Shown here: positions 8,261-18,516 of the stretch, piece by piece | How the letters are laid out: every line of letters starts with the position of its first letter | Numbering within the stretch: position 1 is the first letter of the stretch | Assembly (NCBI RefSeq): GCF_002310835.1 | Contig: NZ_CP011041.1 | Coordinates: 3,270,001-3,302,000, forward strand | Direction: 5' to 3' | DNA: 32,000 nt | DNA from: Pseudoalteromonas tetraodonis | Lineage (GTDB): Bacteria > Pseudomonadota > Gammaproteobacteria > Enterobacterales > Alteromonadaceae | Made by a program: the position numbers and the translations under genes | The notes under the pieces: generated by a model | Told to the model about the DNA's origin: nothing | The model's input: the letters and a program-made list of their open reading frames with translations, nothing else | The model's database searches: none

Positions 8261-10333
8261 CTATGACAAAGCGATAAAAAAGGCCATTTCTAGCGCTTTT
8301 TCTTCTAAGCTTTTAAAGCGACCCGATGCCCCACCATGTCCTGCATCCATGTCGGTTTTAAACACTAAAATATTATCATCGGTTTTATATTCACGCATTT
8401 TAGCCACCCATTTCATTGGTTCCCAATACTGTACTTGTGAGTCGTGCAAACCGGTTGTCACCAGTATATTGGGATAGTGTTGCGCACTAATATTGTCGTA
8501 CGGTGAATACGCTTCAATAATGTCGTAAAAATGGGGGTCATTTGGGTTACCCCATTCATCATACTCATTTGTTGTAAGCGGAATGCTTTCATCTAACATT
8601 GTGGTGAGTACATCTAAAAATGGCACATGGCAGCCCACTCCACAGTAAAGCTCAGGCGCTTGATTTACCACAGCTCCCATTAATAACCCCCCAGCACTGC
8701 CACCAGAGGCAAACACTTTACTTTTGTTGCCATATCCTTGCTCAGTGAGCGCTTTGGTTACATCTATAAAGTCATTAAAGCTATTTTGTTTATGCTGTTT
8801 TTTACCATGTTCGTACCATGAACGCCCTAGCATTTCGCTACCACGCACATGCGCAATCGCATAGACAAAGCCACGGTCTAGTAAACTCAGTGATGTACTC
8901 GAAAAACTAGGATCTATGGTGATCCCATACGCGCCATAACCATATTGAAACAACGGATTTGAGCCATCTTTGTTAAAGCTATCTTTACGATATACCAACG
9001 ACACGGGTACTTTTACTCCATCTCGAGCGCTTACCATAAGTCGCTCTGACTGGTAGCCTTCTGCGTTAAAATCACCGAGTATTTTTTGTTGTTTAAGTAA
9101 GGTTTTTTCGCCTGTGGTTAAATCAACATTATAGAGCGAACCTGGCGTTGTTAAGCTTGAATAGTAAATGCGTGCATGGGTTACACTTGGCTCTGGGTTC
9201 ATCGCAATAGCGGCGTAGTAACAAGGATCATCAAACTCAAGGTTCATTCGCTCGCCGTTTTTGTTAACCACAACAAAGCGTGCTTGGCCTTGTTCGCGCT
9301 CGCTAAGCACTAAAAAGTCGTTAAATAGTTCAACGCCTTCTAATAATACAGTTTCACGGTGAGGGGTATGTGCTTGCCACTGGTTTTTATCAGCAATGGT
9401 GTCGCTTGTTGCGGTCATTAATCTAAAGTTTTTGGCCTGCCAGTTAGTCACTATATAAAAAGTATCACCAAGCTTATCGATATCAAATTCATGCCCCTCT
9501 TCGCGCGGCATTAAAGCGGTAAACTCACCTTGCGGTTGATTGGCATCAAGCACCCACATGTCGTTAGTTTCTGTGCTCGCTAAATCAATAATAATTAAGC
9601 TTTCATCACGACTTTTACCTAAGCCCATAAAAAAGCTGCTGTCTTGCTCTTCGTATACCAGCACATCTTGGTGTTGCTCAGTCCCTAGCTCATGTCTAAA
9701 AACTTGATAACCCAATAAGGTTTTTAAATCCTTTTTTACATAAAATACGGTTTTATTGTCGTTCGCCCAAACAACTTGCCCCTCGGTAATCTCAAGTGCA
9801 TCGTCGAGCATTGTATTGCTACTTAAATCTTTAAACCGTACTGTGTATATACGTCTGCCGTCGGTATCTTCAGAGTAAGCCATTAATTGCTCGTTGGGGC
9901 TCAGTGCCACTTCCCCTAACTCATAAAATTCATAGCCATTGGCAAGCTCATTAACATCAAGTAGTAGTTCTTTATCAGCCATTGCCATACTGCGGCTGCG
10001 ATAATGACGCGCATATTCATCATCTCCGCGAACCTCTGAGTGATACCAATACTGGCCGTCTTTTACCGGTACAGTGTTATCGTCTTTTACAATACGACCT
10101 TTAAGCTCCTCAAATAATGTATTTTGTAGTGGCTTAATGGCAGCTAATTGTGCATCACAATAGGCATTTTCTTGCGCTAAATGTGCGAGTATATCGGCAT
10201 TTTGTCGCTCATCATCGCGCATCCAATAATAATCATCACTGCGTGTTTTAGCATGAGTAGTCAGCGCATGAGCTTGCTTTTTAGCAACAGGGAAATTAGG
10301 TAATAAGCTTAAAGAATAATCAGAAGAAGACAC
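8261..10333 (-). CDS. ptrB: Oligopeptidase B / protease II (S9A prolyl oligopeptidase family)
   Basis: 690 aa. N-terminal THAKTRSDDYYWMRDDERQNADILAHLAQENAY parallels E. coli PtrB. Catalytic Ser motif GGSAGGLLMG, with C-terminal D and H (DAGHGG). The only available start is GTG at 10333. Confidence 0.92.
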   Translation of the reverse strand: MSSSDYSLSLLPNFPVAKKQAHALTTHAKTRSDDYYWMRDDERQNADILAHLAQENAYCDAQLAAIKPLQNTLFEELKGRIVKDDNTVPVKDGQYWYHSEVRGDDEYARHYRSRSMAMADKELLLDVNELANGYEFYELGEVALSPNEQLMAYSEDTDGRRIYTVRFKDLSSNTMLDDALEITEGQVVWANDNKTVFYVKKDLKTLLGYQVFRHELGTEQHQDVLVYEEQDSSFFMGLGKSRDESLIIIDLASTETNDMWVLDANQPQGEFTALMPREEGHEFDIDKLGDTFYIVTNWQAKNFRLMTATSDTIADKNQWQAHTPHRETVLLEGVELFNDFLVLSEREQGQARFVVVNKNGERMNLEFDDPCYYAAIAMNPEPSVTHARIYYSSLTTPGSLYNVDLTTGEKTLLKQQKILGDFNAEGYQSERLMVSARDGVKVPVSLVYRKDSFNKDGSNPLFQYGYGAYGITIDPSFSSTSLSLLDRGFVYAIAHVRGSEMLGRSWYEHGKKQHKQNSFNDFIDVTKALTEQGYGNKSKVFASGGSAGGLLMGAVVNQAPELYCGVGCHVPFLDVLTTMLDESIPLTTNEYDEWGNPNDPHFYDIIEAYSPYDNISAQHYPNILVTTGLHDSQVQYWEPMKWVAKMREYKTDDNILVFKTDMDAGHGGASGRFKSLEEKALEMAFFIALS

Positions 10334-10382
10334 AAAAAAACCGCTTAAAAAATAACAATGGCGGTCAGTTTATCATAAAAAT

Positions 10383-10410
10383 AAAAAAGCCCACTCATAG
10401 TTGAGTGGGC
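10383..10410 (-). terminator. Rho-independent terminator of the 191-aa gene
   Basis: On the minus strand: gcccactca-acta-tgagtgggc followed by TTTTTT (the A-run at 10383-10388 on +). Confidence 0.8.
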
Positions 10411-10484
10411 TAAAGCGGTATAAATTCGATAACTAAAAACTACGAGAATTTTTATTGTTGTCGTTATACCTAAGGGAAGTTGAT

Positions 10485-11060
10485 TTACTGTATTTGCTGC
10501 CAAGCCATCGCCCAGCTTTCACCAACGCCTGGCTCAAACATAGCGCTATTCTCATTCACACGGCAAAACTCACTAAATGGCCATGCCTTACACTGGTATA
10601 TATGCCCTGTTTTTGGCTGTAATACTTTGGTGCCCGCACTGTACATATCGCCATTTTGAGGATAAACCGCGTCGTATCCAAGGCTATTGACTGTGATTAA
10701 TTTTTTATTTTTTTCAGCGCGATTAAAGTGAACCACCGCGCTACAAATACCACTGCTTTCAAGTGCAAATATTTTGTTATGTCGGTACGCAACCACCAAT
10801 CCTTGCTCTGTCATTCTACCAGCGCACACAAGCGGAATATGCATATTAATATGCTCAACCACCAGCAAACTCCAAGCATGCGGTTCGCCCTGCTCTGGAG
10901 AGAGTATTTCATAATCAAACGCTAGCTGAGTTAATTCGCCATGCTCATCGTAAAAGCTCACACTAACCGTATCACCAACAAAGAGCTGGCTATACTGATC
11001 GAGCCCAAGACAGCCAATAGTTAACCATTCTCCACATGTTAATGATGAATGTATAAACAC
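10485..11060 (-). CDS. Hypothetical protein with Cys/aromatic-rich C-terminal module reminiscent of small carbohydrate (chitin)-binding domains
   Basis: 191-aa ORF with a GTG start preceded by AAGG. No signal peptide seen. C-terminus: GHIYQCKAWPFSEFCRVNENSAMFEPGVGESWAMAWQQI. It has its own terminator and a 277-bp upstream spacer. Confidence 0.5.
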   Translation of the reverse strand: MFIHSSLTCGEWLTIGCLGLDQYSQLFVGDTVSVSFYDEHGELTQLAFDYEILSPEQGEPHAWSLLVVEHINMHIPLVCAGRMTEQGLVVAYRHNKIFALESSGICSAVVHFNRAEKNKKLITVNSLGYDAVYPQNGDMYSAGTKVLQPKTGHIYQCKAWPFSEFCRVNENSAMFEPGVGESWAMAWQQIQ

Positions 11061-11278
11061 TGCAAAACCTTAAAGAGTCAAACGTCGCCCATAACATATG
11101 GCTTTCAACAGGCAAACTAGCTCGTGAGCTAATATGCGTTAACTAAAGTATTAGGTTAAAAACCATTGTGTAATACCAATACCGACTGATTGTAATTCGC
11201 AATGTTGCAATAATCAAACAAAAGAATGTAACCAGAGTTTAAAAACAATACTAAAGTTTGCACTAATGAGCATAAAAC

Positions 11279-11315
11279 AAAAAAGCCAACCGCTTTATAA
11301 ACGGTTGGCTTTTTT
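11279..11315. terminator. Rho-independent terminator downstream of the RND operon (bidirectional shape)
   Basis: aaaaaagccaaccg-ctttataaa-cggttggcttttttt, 23 nt below the RND stop codon. Confidence 0.85.
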
Positions 11316-11337
11316 CAGCTACATGATCTGGGTGATG

Positions 11338-14300
11338 TTAACTTACGCTCGCTTTTTTACTTGCGAACGGGCGCTTAAATAGCGCGCCTATGTCGGTTAA
11401 AATAATATACAAACACGGCACCAAAATAAGGGTGATCAGTGTTGCAAACATAACCGCAAAGCCCAGAGCTACCGCCATAGGTATTACAAATTTGGCTTGT
11501 AAACTGGTCTCAAACATAATCGGCAATACCCCTGCAAAGGTCGTAATTGAGGTAAGTAATATGGGCCTAAAACGTGCACAGCCTGCTTCAATAACCGCAT
11601 CTTTTATACTGATACCAGCACGACGCGCCTGATTAATAAAATCAGTCATCACTAAGGAGTCGTTAATAACCACCCCTGCAGCAGCAATTAAACCAAAGCC
11701 CGACATTAAACTAATATCTAAACCAAACCAAAAATGACCCCATATTGCCCCCGTTAAACTAAATGGAATAACCGACATTACAATGAGAGGTTGTGAGTAA
11801 CTTTTTAACGGTACGGCAAGTAGTATATAAACTAAAATCATACCACCAGCAAAAAATAGCAGTTGCTCATTAGCTTGCGCCTGCTGTTCTTCAATTGCGC
11901 CACCTAGTTCTGACTTAACACTTGGGTATTCGTCCAACAGTTGTGGTAGTAAATTTTCTTTTACTTGCTTAACCACTTCGCCTGGCTCAATCACTTCCTC
12001 ATCAATGTTGCCATACACATAAACAGTGCGATAACCGCCTTCACGACGAATATAACTAATACCAGGGGTTTCAGTTAGCTCAACCACATCTCCTAGCAAT
12101 ACTTCTTTGCCTTGGGGCGTGGTGATAACCGCGTGTTTAAGCGATGAAAACGCTTCGCGAGTAAGCTTAGGGTAACGTACCATCACCCGTACTTCTTCAC
12201 CGCGACGAATAACACGTTGCGCCTCGCCACCATAAAAACTGGCACCGACTTGATTTGCAATTGAGGCCAAATCTAACCCTAAGTCAAAGGCGACTGGTTT
12301 TAAGCTCATTTGTACTTCTTTGCTAGCAGGATCAATGGTAGAGCTTATATCAAATAAGCCTTCTTGCTGCTGCAATAATCCAATAAAGCGACGCCCTGCT
12401 TCATTCAATGTATCGATATCAGAGCCATACAGCAAGTAACCAAACTCACCGTTACCGCCGCCACCTCCACCGCCAACATCATCCTGAATAGTTAACGATT
12501 TAACGCCCGCAATATTAGGCATCGCTTCACGCCAGCGGCGCGAAAGCTCAAAGGCATTATAAGGGCGTAAATCTTCATCAACCAATGGCGCTAATAACTG
12601 CGCCTCTGTACGACCTTGGTTAAATACCAATACATCGCGAATCATCTTTTGCCCTTCTTCTCGCTCGGTTTGCTTATCTATTTCAAGCACCATGGCTTCG
12701 ATTTGGCGAATAGCATTAATAGTTTGGATGTCTGATACGTTATCGTTCATCTCAACATTAATTTGCGGGAAGTCATGCGGCACTTTAGGCGATGGGATCA
12801 TTCTCACCTGATTTGACGATATTAACGCAAAGGTGAAAATTAGTAGCGCAATAAAACTAAACAGCACCGTCCAACGCCACTTTATACAATTAACAATAAA
12901 CTGCCTATACGGTCCATTTACAAAGCCAAAAAAGCGCTTATTAAAGCGTGCTCGCCAACCGTCAGGGTTAATAGGTGAAAAGTGAGTATGCGCAATGTGT
13001 GCCGGTAATATCAGCTTAGATTCAATCAAGCTAAATATTAAACATAAAATCACCACCACTGAAATACCTATAAAAAAGGAACTTTCAGGGCCGCTTGAAA
13101 GCGTAAACGGCGCAAATACCGCAATGGTTGTTAGTACACCAAAGGTGGCAGGGGTTGCCACTCGTTTAGCGCCATTAACCACATTAACAACACCACCGCC
13201 TTTTTTTTCTATTTCGGTGTAGGCACTTTCACCTATGACAATGGCATCATCCACCACAATCCCCAGCACCATAATAAAGGCAAATAAAGACACAATATTA
13301 ATTGTGATACCAAATAACGGCATCAGCATCATCGCACCTAAAAAGCACACTGGTAAACCAATCATTACCCACAGTGCGAGCTTAAAACGTAAAAATAACG
13401 AAAGCATAATAGCGACTAAAATTGCACCTTGCAGCAAATTAGCTTTCATCATGTCTAAGCGTGCATTTAGATAGTAAGTAAAGTCCATTAGCGGCTCTAT
13501 ACGTACACCCAATGGCAGTTCTTTATTTTTTTGATCAATATACGCTTTAACCGAATCGGCCACCGGAATAATGTTTTGATCTTCGGTGGCTTTTACCGAT
13601 AAATAAACCGCGTTTTCGCCATTAAATTTAAAGTAACGCTCACCTTCAACGAACTGATCTTTGATTATAGCAATATCTTGTAGCAACACTTTGGCACCAT
13701 TGGCGCCAATTTTTACCGGAATTTGCCTAAACTCTTCACCAGAATAAAACTGATTTTCTACTCGAACCGAAATAACACCCGCATCAGTTTTTAGTTGTCC
13801 GGCTGAAAAGTTAGCCGAATAACGACGTACCGCGTTCGCTACATCCGATAAGGTTAAATTATATTGGCGCAGTGTGTCGGGCTCTATTTCTATGGCAATT
13901 TCATCCAGTGGCACATCGTTTACCACTAAAGATACATTCGATAACTGCAAGAGTTCATCTTCAACCTGATTTGCGATTGGCTTAAGCTCATTTAGCGGTA
14001 GGTCAGCCACGAGCGTCATGCCAATTACATCTTGGCGAAACTCTATTTGGCTAATGGTAACCGGCTCCATTCCTGCAGGAAAAGTCGCGATACCATCTAC
14101 TCGCAGTTTTACCTTATCGAGAACGTCAGTAAGCTCTGCGTCAGTATTAATTTCAAGGCTGGCAGAACCCCCATTACGAAAAGCGCGATATACCCCTTTT
14201 TTTATCTCAGTTATATCTTTTAGCGACTCTTCAATTTTTATTAAGATACTTTCTTCAATTTCTTGTGGCGACGCCCCCGGGTAGTTTGCATTTACAGTAA

Positions 14301-14469
14301 TATAGTTGACTTCTATATTAGGGAACATTTGTCGCTGAATGGTAAAGTAGCTTATAAGCCCCATTACAATAATAAAAAACATCATTAAATTGGCAGCAAC
14401 AGAGTTGTTAGCAAAATACGCAATTAACCCTGTTTGTTTGGTTGTATTGGGCTGTTCTGTGTTATTCAT
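11338..14469 (-). CDS. Efflux RND transporter permease subunit (AcrB/AcrD/AcrF superfamily)
   Basis: 1043 aa with 12-TM topology and two large periplasmic loops. Typical N-terminus: LIAYFANNSVAANLMMFFIIVMGL ... ANYPGASPQEIEESI. ATG start 13 nt downstream of the adaptor gene stop. Confidence 0.93.
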   Translation of the reverse strand: MNNTEQPNTTKQTGLIAYFANNSVAANLMMFFIIVMGLISYFTIQRQMFPNIEVNYITVNANYPGASPQEIEESILIKIEESLKDITEIKKGVYRAFRNGGSASLEINTDAELTDVLDKVKLRVDGIATFPAGMEPVTISQIEFRQDVIGMTLVADLPLNELKPIANQVEDELLQLSNVSLVVNDVPLDEIAIEIEPDTLRQYNLTLSDVANAVRRYSANFSAGQLKTDAGVISVRVENQFYSGEEFRQIPVKIGANGAKVLLQDIAIIKDQFVEGERYFKFNGENAVYLSVKATEDQNIIPVADSVKAYIDQKNKELPLGVRIEPLMDFTYYLNARLDMMKANLLQGAILVAIMLSLFLRFKLALWVMIGLPVCFLGAMMLMPLFGITINIVSLFAFIMVLGIVVDDAIVIGESAYTEIEKKGGGVVNVVNGAKRVATPATFGVLTTIAVFAPFTLSSGPESSFFIGISVVVILCLIFSLIESKLILPAHIAHTHFSPINPDGWRARFNKRFFGFVNGPYRQFIVNCIKWRWTVLFSFIALLIFTFALISSNQVRMIPSPKVPHDFPQINVEMNDNVSDIQTINAIRQIEAMVLEIDKQTEREEGQKMIRDVLVFNQGRTEAQLLAPLVDEDLRPYNAFELSRRWREAMPNIAGVKSLTIQDDVGGGGGGGNGEFGYLLYGSDIDTLNEAGRRFIGLLQQQEGLFDISSTIDPASKEVQMSLKPVAFDLGLDLASIANQVGASFYGGEAQRVIRRGEEVRVMVRYPKLTREAFSSLKHAVITTPQGKEVLLGDVVELTETPGISYIRREGGYRTVYVYGNIDEEVIEPGEVVKQVKENLLPQLLDEYPSVKSELGGAIEEQQAQANEQLLFFAGGMILVYILLAVPLKSYSQPLIVMSVIPFSLTGAIWGHFWFGLDISLMSGFGLIAAAGVVINDSLVMTDFINQARRAGISIKDAVIEAGCARFRPILLTSITTFAGVLPIMFETSLQAKFVIPMAVALGFAVMFATLITLILVPCLYIILTDIGALFKRPFASKKASVS

Positions 14470-14482
14470 AACTCACCCTACC

Positions 14483-15661
14483 TTAAAGTTTTTCAGTGGA
14501 TGCATTTTCTGCTGCATCTGTATTTTTAGTCTCTGTTAAACCGGCTATTTTTACTGCCATGCCTTTTTGAGGGTATTCCGGTAAGGTGGTAACGAGCTTA
14601 TCGTTGGCTTGTAAGCCATCGCTAATATAAAAATATTCGCCTTCTTCACGAATCACTTTTACTTTACGCGGCTCTAACTGTTGCTCATCATTAACTATCC
14701 ACACGGTTTGGTTATTTACTAACTCTTGCGGTAAACGATAAATATTATTGAGCATAGTGCCGGCAAAGTTTACTTGTACATAAGTGCCAAATTTAATTGC
14801 AGGCTGCTGATTAGTCAGTCCGTAAGGATCTTCAATTCTTACCACTAAACTGCTCATGCGAGTCGCGTTATCAACAATCCCTAAATCGCGGTCTATTACT
14901 GCTTGGCGAGTAAACCCATTGAATCCTGTTTTAATAACGGTTGCCGTTACCCCTTTAACGCGCTCAGGTAAAAACACACTGTCAAAACCTGCGATCGGAA
15001 TAATCACTTCAGCGGTTTCAATATTATTCAGCTCGGCAATTTGAGCGCCCATACTAACAAACTGGCCAACCCCCACATTCCGACTAACCACTAATGCATC
15101 GTAAGGTGCGGTGATTTCACAATTGTCTAAATCGCGTTGGGCTCTTTTTAATGCTGCTTGCGCCGACTTAACTGATGCTTGCGCACTCAGCACTTGTGGT
15201 TTGCGTAAAAATAGATCTGTACGTGCTTTATTTGGGAAACGTTTTGCTTCGTCTTCTGCGACTTTGGCTTGCGCTTGCTCTTCAATTAACATCGCTTGAG
15301 CGCGGGCAAGTTCAGCTTCAGCTTGCAATACCGCAGCCTCGTAGTTATCTTTTTCAATAGTAAATAAGGTTTCGCCGCGACCCACAACACCACCCGCCAC
15401 AAAGCTTGGATGCCAGCTGACGACTTCACCTGACACTTGCGCTGAAAGTTGGGTATTTTCTAGTGGCTGCACTTCACCATAACTATTAATGATAACTTGA
15501 TGATCGTTAGCGGAAACGGCTTCAACTTGCACCGTTGGTCGAGTGTCTATGACTTCTTTTTTGTCTGACTCTTTTGCAATCGCATTAATTGCAACAAAAC
15601 CAGCAACACCTAATGCCAGTGCTACAAATGGAAAAGCCCATCTAAGTACATTACCTTGCAT
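14483..15661 (-). CDS. Efflux RND transporter periplasmic adaptor subunit (MFP/HlyD family)
   Basis: 392 aa. N-terminal membrane anchor, then an alpha-helical hairpin (AAVLQAEAELARAQAMLIEEQAQAKVAEDE ... VKSAQAALKRAQRDLDNCEI) flanked by beta-barrel segments. It sits immediately upstream of the RND permease. Confidence 0.9.
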   Translation of the reverse strand: MQGNVLRWAFPFVALALGVAGFVAINAIAKESDKKEVIDTRPTVQVEAVSANDHQVIINSYGEVQPLENTQLSAQVSGEVVSWHPSFVAGGVVGRGETLFTIEKDNYEAAVLQAEAELARAQAMLIEEQAQAKVAEDEAKRFPNKARTDLFLRKPQVLSAQASVKSAQAALKRAQRDLDNCEITAPYDALVVSRNVGVGQFVSMGAQIAELNNIETAEVIIPIAGFDSVFLPERVKGVTATVIKTGFNGFTRQAVIDRDLGIVDNATRMSSLVVRIEDPYGLTNQQPAIKFGTYVQVNFAGTMLNNIYRLPQELVNNQTVWIVNDEQQLEPRKVKVIREEGEYFYISDGLQANDKLVTTLPEYPQKGMAVKIAGLTETKNTDAAENASTEKL

Positions 15662-15953
15662 CTGTTTATTTCTCCCAAATTACTATTAGCACTATGATAC
15701 CAAAGCTTAATGAAACATTAACGTGACATTTGTAAGCAACTGTTACAAAAAGGTATAAATAAGGTCTTCCTCAGCAAATAAAAGGTAAGTCAAAAGCACT
15801 GTTAAGCCGCTTTATAAATGTATTGTTACAATCTTTTACCATTATAAATCATAAAGCTAATCACTTTAGGTTAGTATTTATTAATCATACTGTGCGAAAA
15901 AGCATGACACACCGTACAGTAAAATTACATTAACAACTAAAAAAGACTAAACG

Positions 15954-18464
15954 ATGAAATTAACCACACTTACCTTGGCGCTGAGTATAGCGCTTAGTGG
16001 CAGCTATGCTGTTGCAGCAGAAAAAAAAGAAGAAAAGAAACCACAAACATTAACTGAAATGATTAAAGGGCAAATCGAATTTGCGGGTATTTTTAATCTT
16101 TACCAAGATGAAAAAACCGGCGATCACTTAATGGTGATAAACGAATCACAACTCGATACGCCCTTTGTGTACTTTGCGCATACCATTGATGGTGTAACTG
16201 ATGCGGGTCATTTTCGTGGGTCGTATCGTGAAACAAAGCTGATTGAATTTAGAAAATACTTTGATCGTATTGATATTATTAGTAAAACCCCTCGCTACTT
16301 ATTTAACGAAAATAGCGCACTTGCCAAAGCCAGTGAAGCTAATATCAGCGAAGCCGTGCTTGCAAGTATAAAAATAGAAAAACAAGAAGAAGGTAAAATA
16401 GCCTTTAATGTAAATAAGCTTTTTTTAAGTGAAGCGCTACATAAAGTGTCTCCTACGCCTAACCCGAACGATAAAAATGCTAAAAAGCGTTTTAAAGTAG
16501 GTAAATTAGACGATAAAAAATCACGCATCATCAAACAGCGCCCATACCCTAACAACCTAGATGTGGTTGTTGATTATGTTTTTACCAATAGCAGCCCAAC
16601 CGTTCGAGGTTCAGGTGCTGTAAGCGACCCCCGAAGTGTGTCGGTAAAAGTACAACATTCATTTGTGGCTTTACCAGAAAACAATTACCAACCTCGCTTT
16701 GATGATGCACGTATTGGTTATTTCACCAATCAGTTTGATAAAATGACGTCAACCGACTGGGCGCCATACCAAGATGTCATTAAGCGCTGGGATTTACAAA
16801 AGAAAGATCCAAACGCTGCACTTTCAGAACCAGTAAAACCGATTACCTGGTGGATAGAAAACACCACACCGGTTGAATGGCGTGACACCGTGCGTGATGC
16901 CGTACTTGCTTGGAACACCTCATTTGAAAAAGCAGGCTTTAAAAATGCACTTGAAGTGAAAATACAACCTGACGATGCCGATTGGGATGCCGGCGATATT
17001 AACTATAACGTACTACGCTGGACTTCATCACCCAAACCACCGTTTGGTGGGTATGGGCCAGCATTAGCGAACCCGTTAACCGGTGAAATTTTAGGCTCAG
17101 ACATTATGCTTGAGTTTGTATTTATGAAAAACCGCTGGATATACGACACACTGTATACTCAAGGCACGATGAGCCATACACAGCCAACCAACTATTCAGA
17201 ACTCAATTGCTCTTTAGGTCATGAATTACAGCAAAGCCTAATAATGGCCAAGGGCTTAGCAAATGGCGCTGATATTGAAGATACCCAAATGATACGCCAA
17301 GGCTTAACTCAGCTGGTTTTACATGAAGTAGGGCATACTCTAGGTCTTAATCACAACATGAAGTCTTCTATTTTGTGGGATGAGAAAGAAGTTCACGACA
17401 AAAGTAAAACCCAAGGCATAGTTACCGGCTCGGTAATGGACTATGCGCCAGCAAATATAGCGCCAACGGGTGTGACTCAAGGCGATATTTTCCAAACTAA
17501 ACCAGGTCCATACGATGATTGGGCAATAAATTACGGCTACAGCGTAGCGCTTAAAGATGAAGCTGCAGAGCAAGCTCGCCTTGATAAAATACTCGCTCGC
17601 TCAAGCGAACATGCGCTTGCCTTTGGTAATGATGCCGACGACATGCGTGCCCCTGGCCGCCATATAGACCCTCGCGTGATGATAGGTGACTTGTCGTCTA
17701 ACCCTGCAGCTTACGGGGCAGATAGAATGGCACTGATCAATACGCTCTTTGCAGAACTTAAAGACAAAGCTACAGTAAAAGGTGAGTCTTACCAACAGCT
17801 TGTTACTTCAACTAACAGCCTATTTGGCCAGTATCGTGGACAAGCAGGCGTGGTGTCTCGTCAAATTGGTGGCGTGTATGTAGAGCGTGCCGTCGTGGGC
17901 GATGAAAATGCAGCAAAGCCTTTTACACCGGTACCACTTGAGCGTCAAACCCAAGCAATGGCTATTTTAGCTGAGTATGTGTTTGCTCCAAATGTACTGC
18001 AAAGCATGCAGCCATTGTATAACTTTATGCAGCAGCAGCGTCGTGGGTTTAATCATTACGGTAAAAACGAAGACCCTAAACCGCATAAAATGATTTTAGG
18101 TATGCAAAAGAGTGTACTAGCGCAACTACTACATCCCGCTGTGTTACTGCGTATTTCAGATACTGCTTTATATGGTAATGAATACAGCCTTACGCAATTT
18201 ATGGAGGATTTAACTGCAAGTATCTTTGTTGATAGTAAAACCGCTAATTCAGTCAGTCATAATTTACAGATTGAATATGTTAATCAGCTAATTGCGATTG
18301 CAGGCCTAGAAAAAGCAAGTAAATACGATAACTTAGCGAAAACAGCCGCGCTATATCAGCTAACTCAAATAGCCGATAAAAAGGTTGCATGGGGCGCTGA
18401 TACCGCAACCAAAGCACATAAAAAATATATCGACCGCTTAATTAGCAAAGCGCTAGAAGCATAA
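15954..18464 (+). CDS. Secreted zinc-dependent metalloprotease (metzincin-type)
   Basis: Signal peptide MKLTTLTLALSIALSGSYAVA. HEVGHTLGLNHN (HExxHxxGxxH) with a downstream Met-turn candidate SVMDYAP. 836 aa. Confidence 0.85.
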   Translation: MKLTTLTLALSIALSGSYAVAAEKKEEKKPQTLTEMIKGQIEFAGIFNLYQDEKTGDHLMVINESQLDTPFVYFAHTIDGVTDAGHFRGSYRETKLIEFRKYFDRIDIISKTPRYLFNENSALAKASEANISEAVLASIKIEKQEEGKIAFNVNKLFLSEALHKVSPTPNPNDKNAKKRFKVGKLDDKKSRIIKQRPYPNNLDVVVDYVFTNSSPTVRGSGAVSDPRSVSVKVQHSFVALPENNYQPRFDDARIGYFTNQFDKMTSTDWAPYQDVIKRWDLQKKDPNAALSEPVKPITWWIENTTPVEWRDTVRDAVLAWNTSFEKAGFKNALEVKIQPDDADWDAGDINYNVLRWTSSPKPPFGGYGPALANPLTGEILGSDIMLEFVFMKNRWIYDTLYTQGTMSHTQPTNYSELNCSLGHELQQSLIMAKGLANGADIEDTQMIRQGLTQLVLHEVGHTLGLNHNMKSSILWDEKEVHDKSKTQGIVTGSVMDYAPANIAPTGVTQGDIFQTKPGPYDDWAINYGYSVALKDEAAEQARLDKILARSSEHALAFGNDADDMRAPGRHIDPRVMIGDLSSNPAAYGADRMALINTLFAELKDKATVKGESYQQLVTSTNSLFGQYRGQAGVVSRQIGGVYVERAVVGDENAAKPFTPVPLERQTQAMAILAEYVFAPNVLQSMQPLYNFMQQQRRGFNHYGKNEDPKPHKMILGMQKSVLAQLLHPAVLLRISDTALYGNEYSLTQFMEDLTASIFVDSKTANSVSHNLQIEYVNQLIAIAGLEKASKYDNLAKTAALYQLTQIADKKVAWGADTATKAHKKYIDRLISKALEA

Positions 18465-18481
18465 ATAACACTGAGTAAACC

Positions 18482-18508
18482 AAGGCCACGTCATACGTGG
18501 CCTTTTTT
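18482..18508 (+). terminator. Rho-independent terminator after the metalloprotease gene
   Basis: aaggccacg-tcata-cgtggcctttttt. Confidence 0.85.
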
Positions 18509-18516
18509 ACACTAAC

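Noticed and set aside
12454-12474. The Gly7 run in the RND permease, considered as a slipped-strand or phase-variable tract.
   Set aside because: At the DNA level the run uses mixed GGC/GGT/GGA codons (ggc ggt gga ggt ggc ggc ggt), so no homopolymer or perfect short tandem repeat is present.
15888-15921. Imperfect inverted repeat tactgtgcg...cgtacagta in the RND/metalloprotease divergent spacer, considered as a possible operator.
   Set aside because: It has one mismatch in 9 bp and a 16-nt spacer, and no adjacent regulator gene. This is too weak to call.
16021-16028. A8 homopolymer just after the signal peptide of the metalloprotease (also T8 at 13201-13208 in the RND gene), considered as a frameshift or phase-variation site.
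   Set aside because: The reading frames are intact across both tracts. They simply encode Lys-rich segments (EKKEEKK, EKKGGG). A/T runs of 8 are common in AT-rich genomes.
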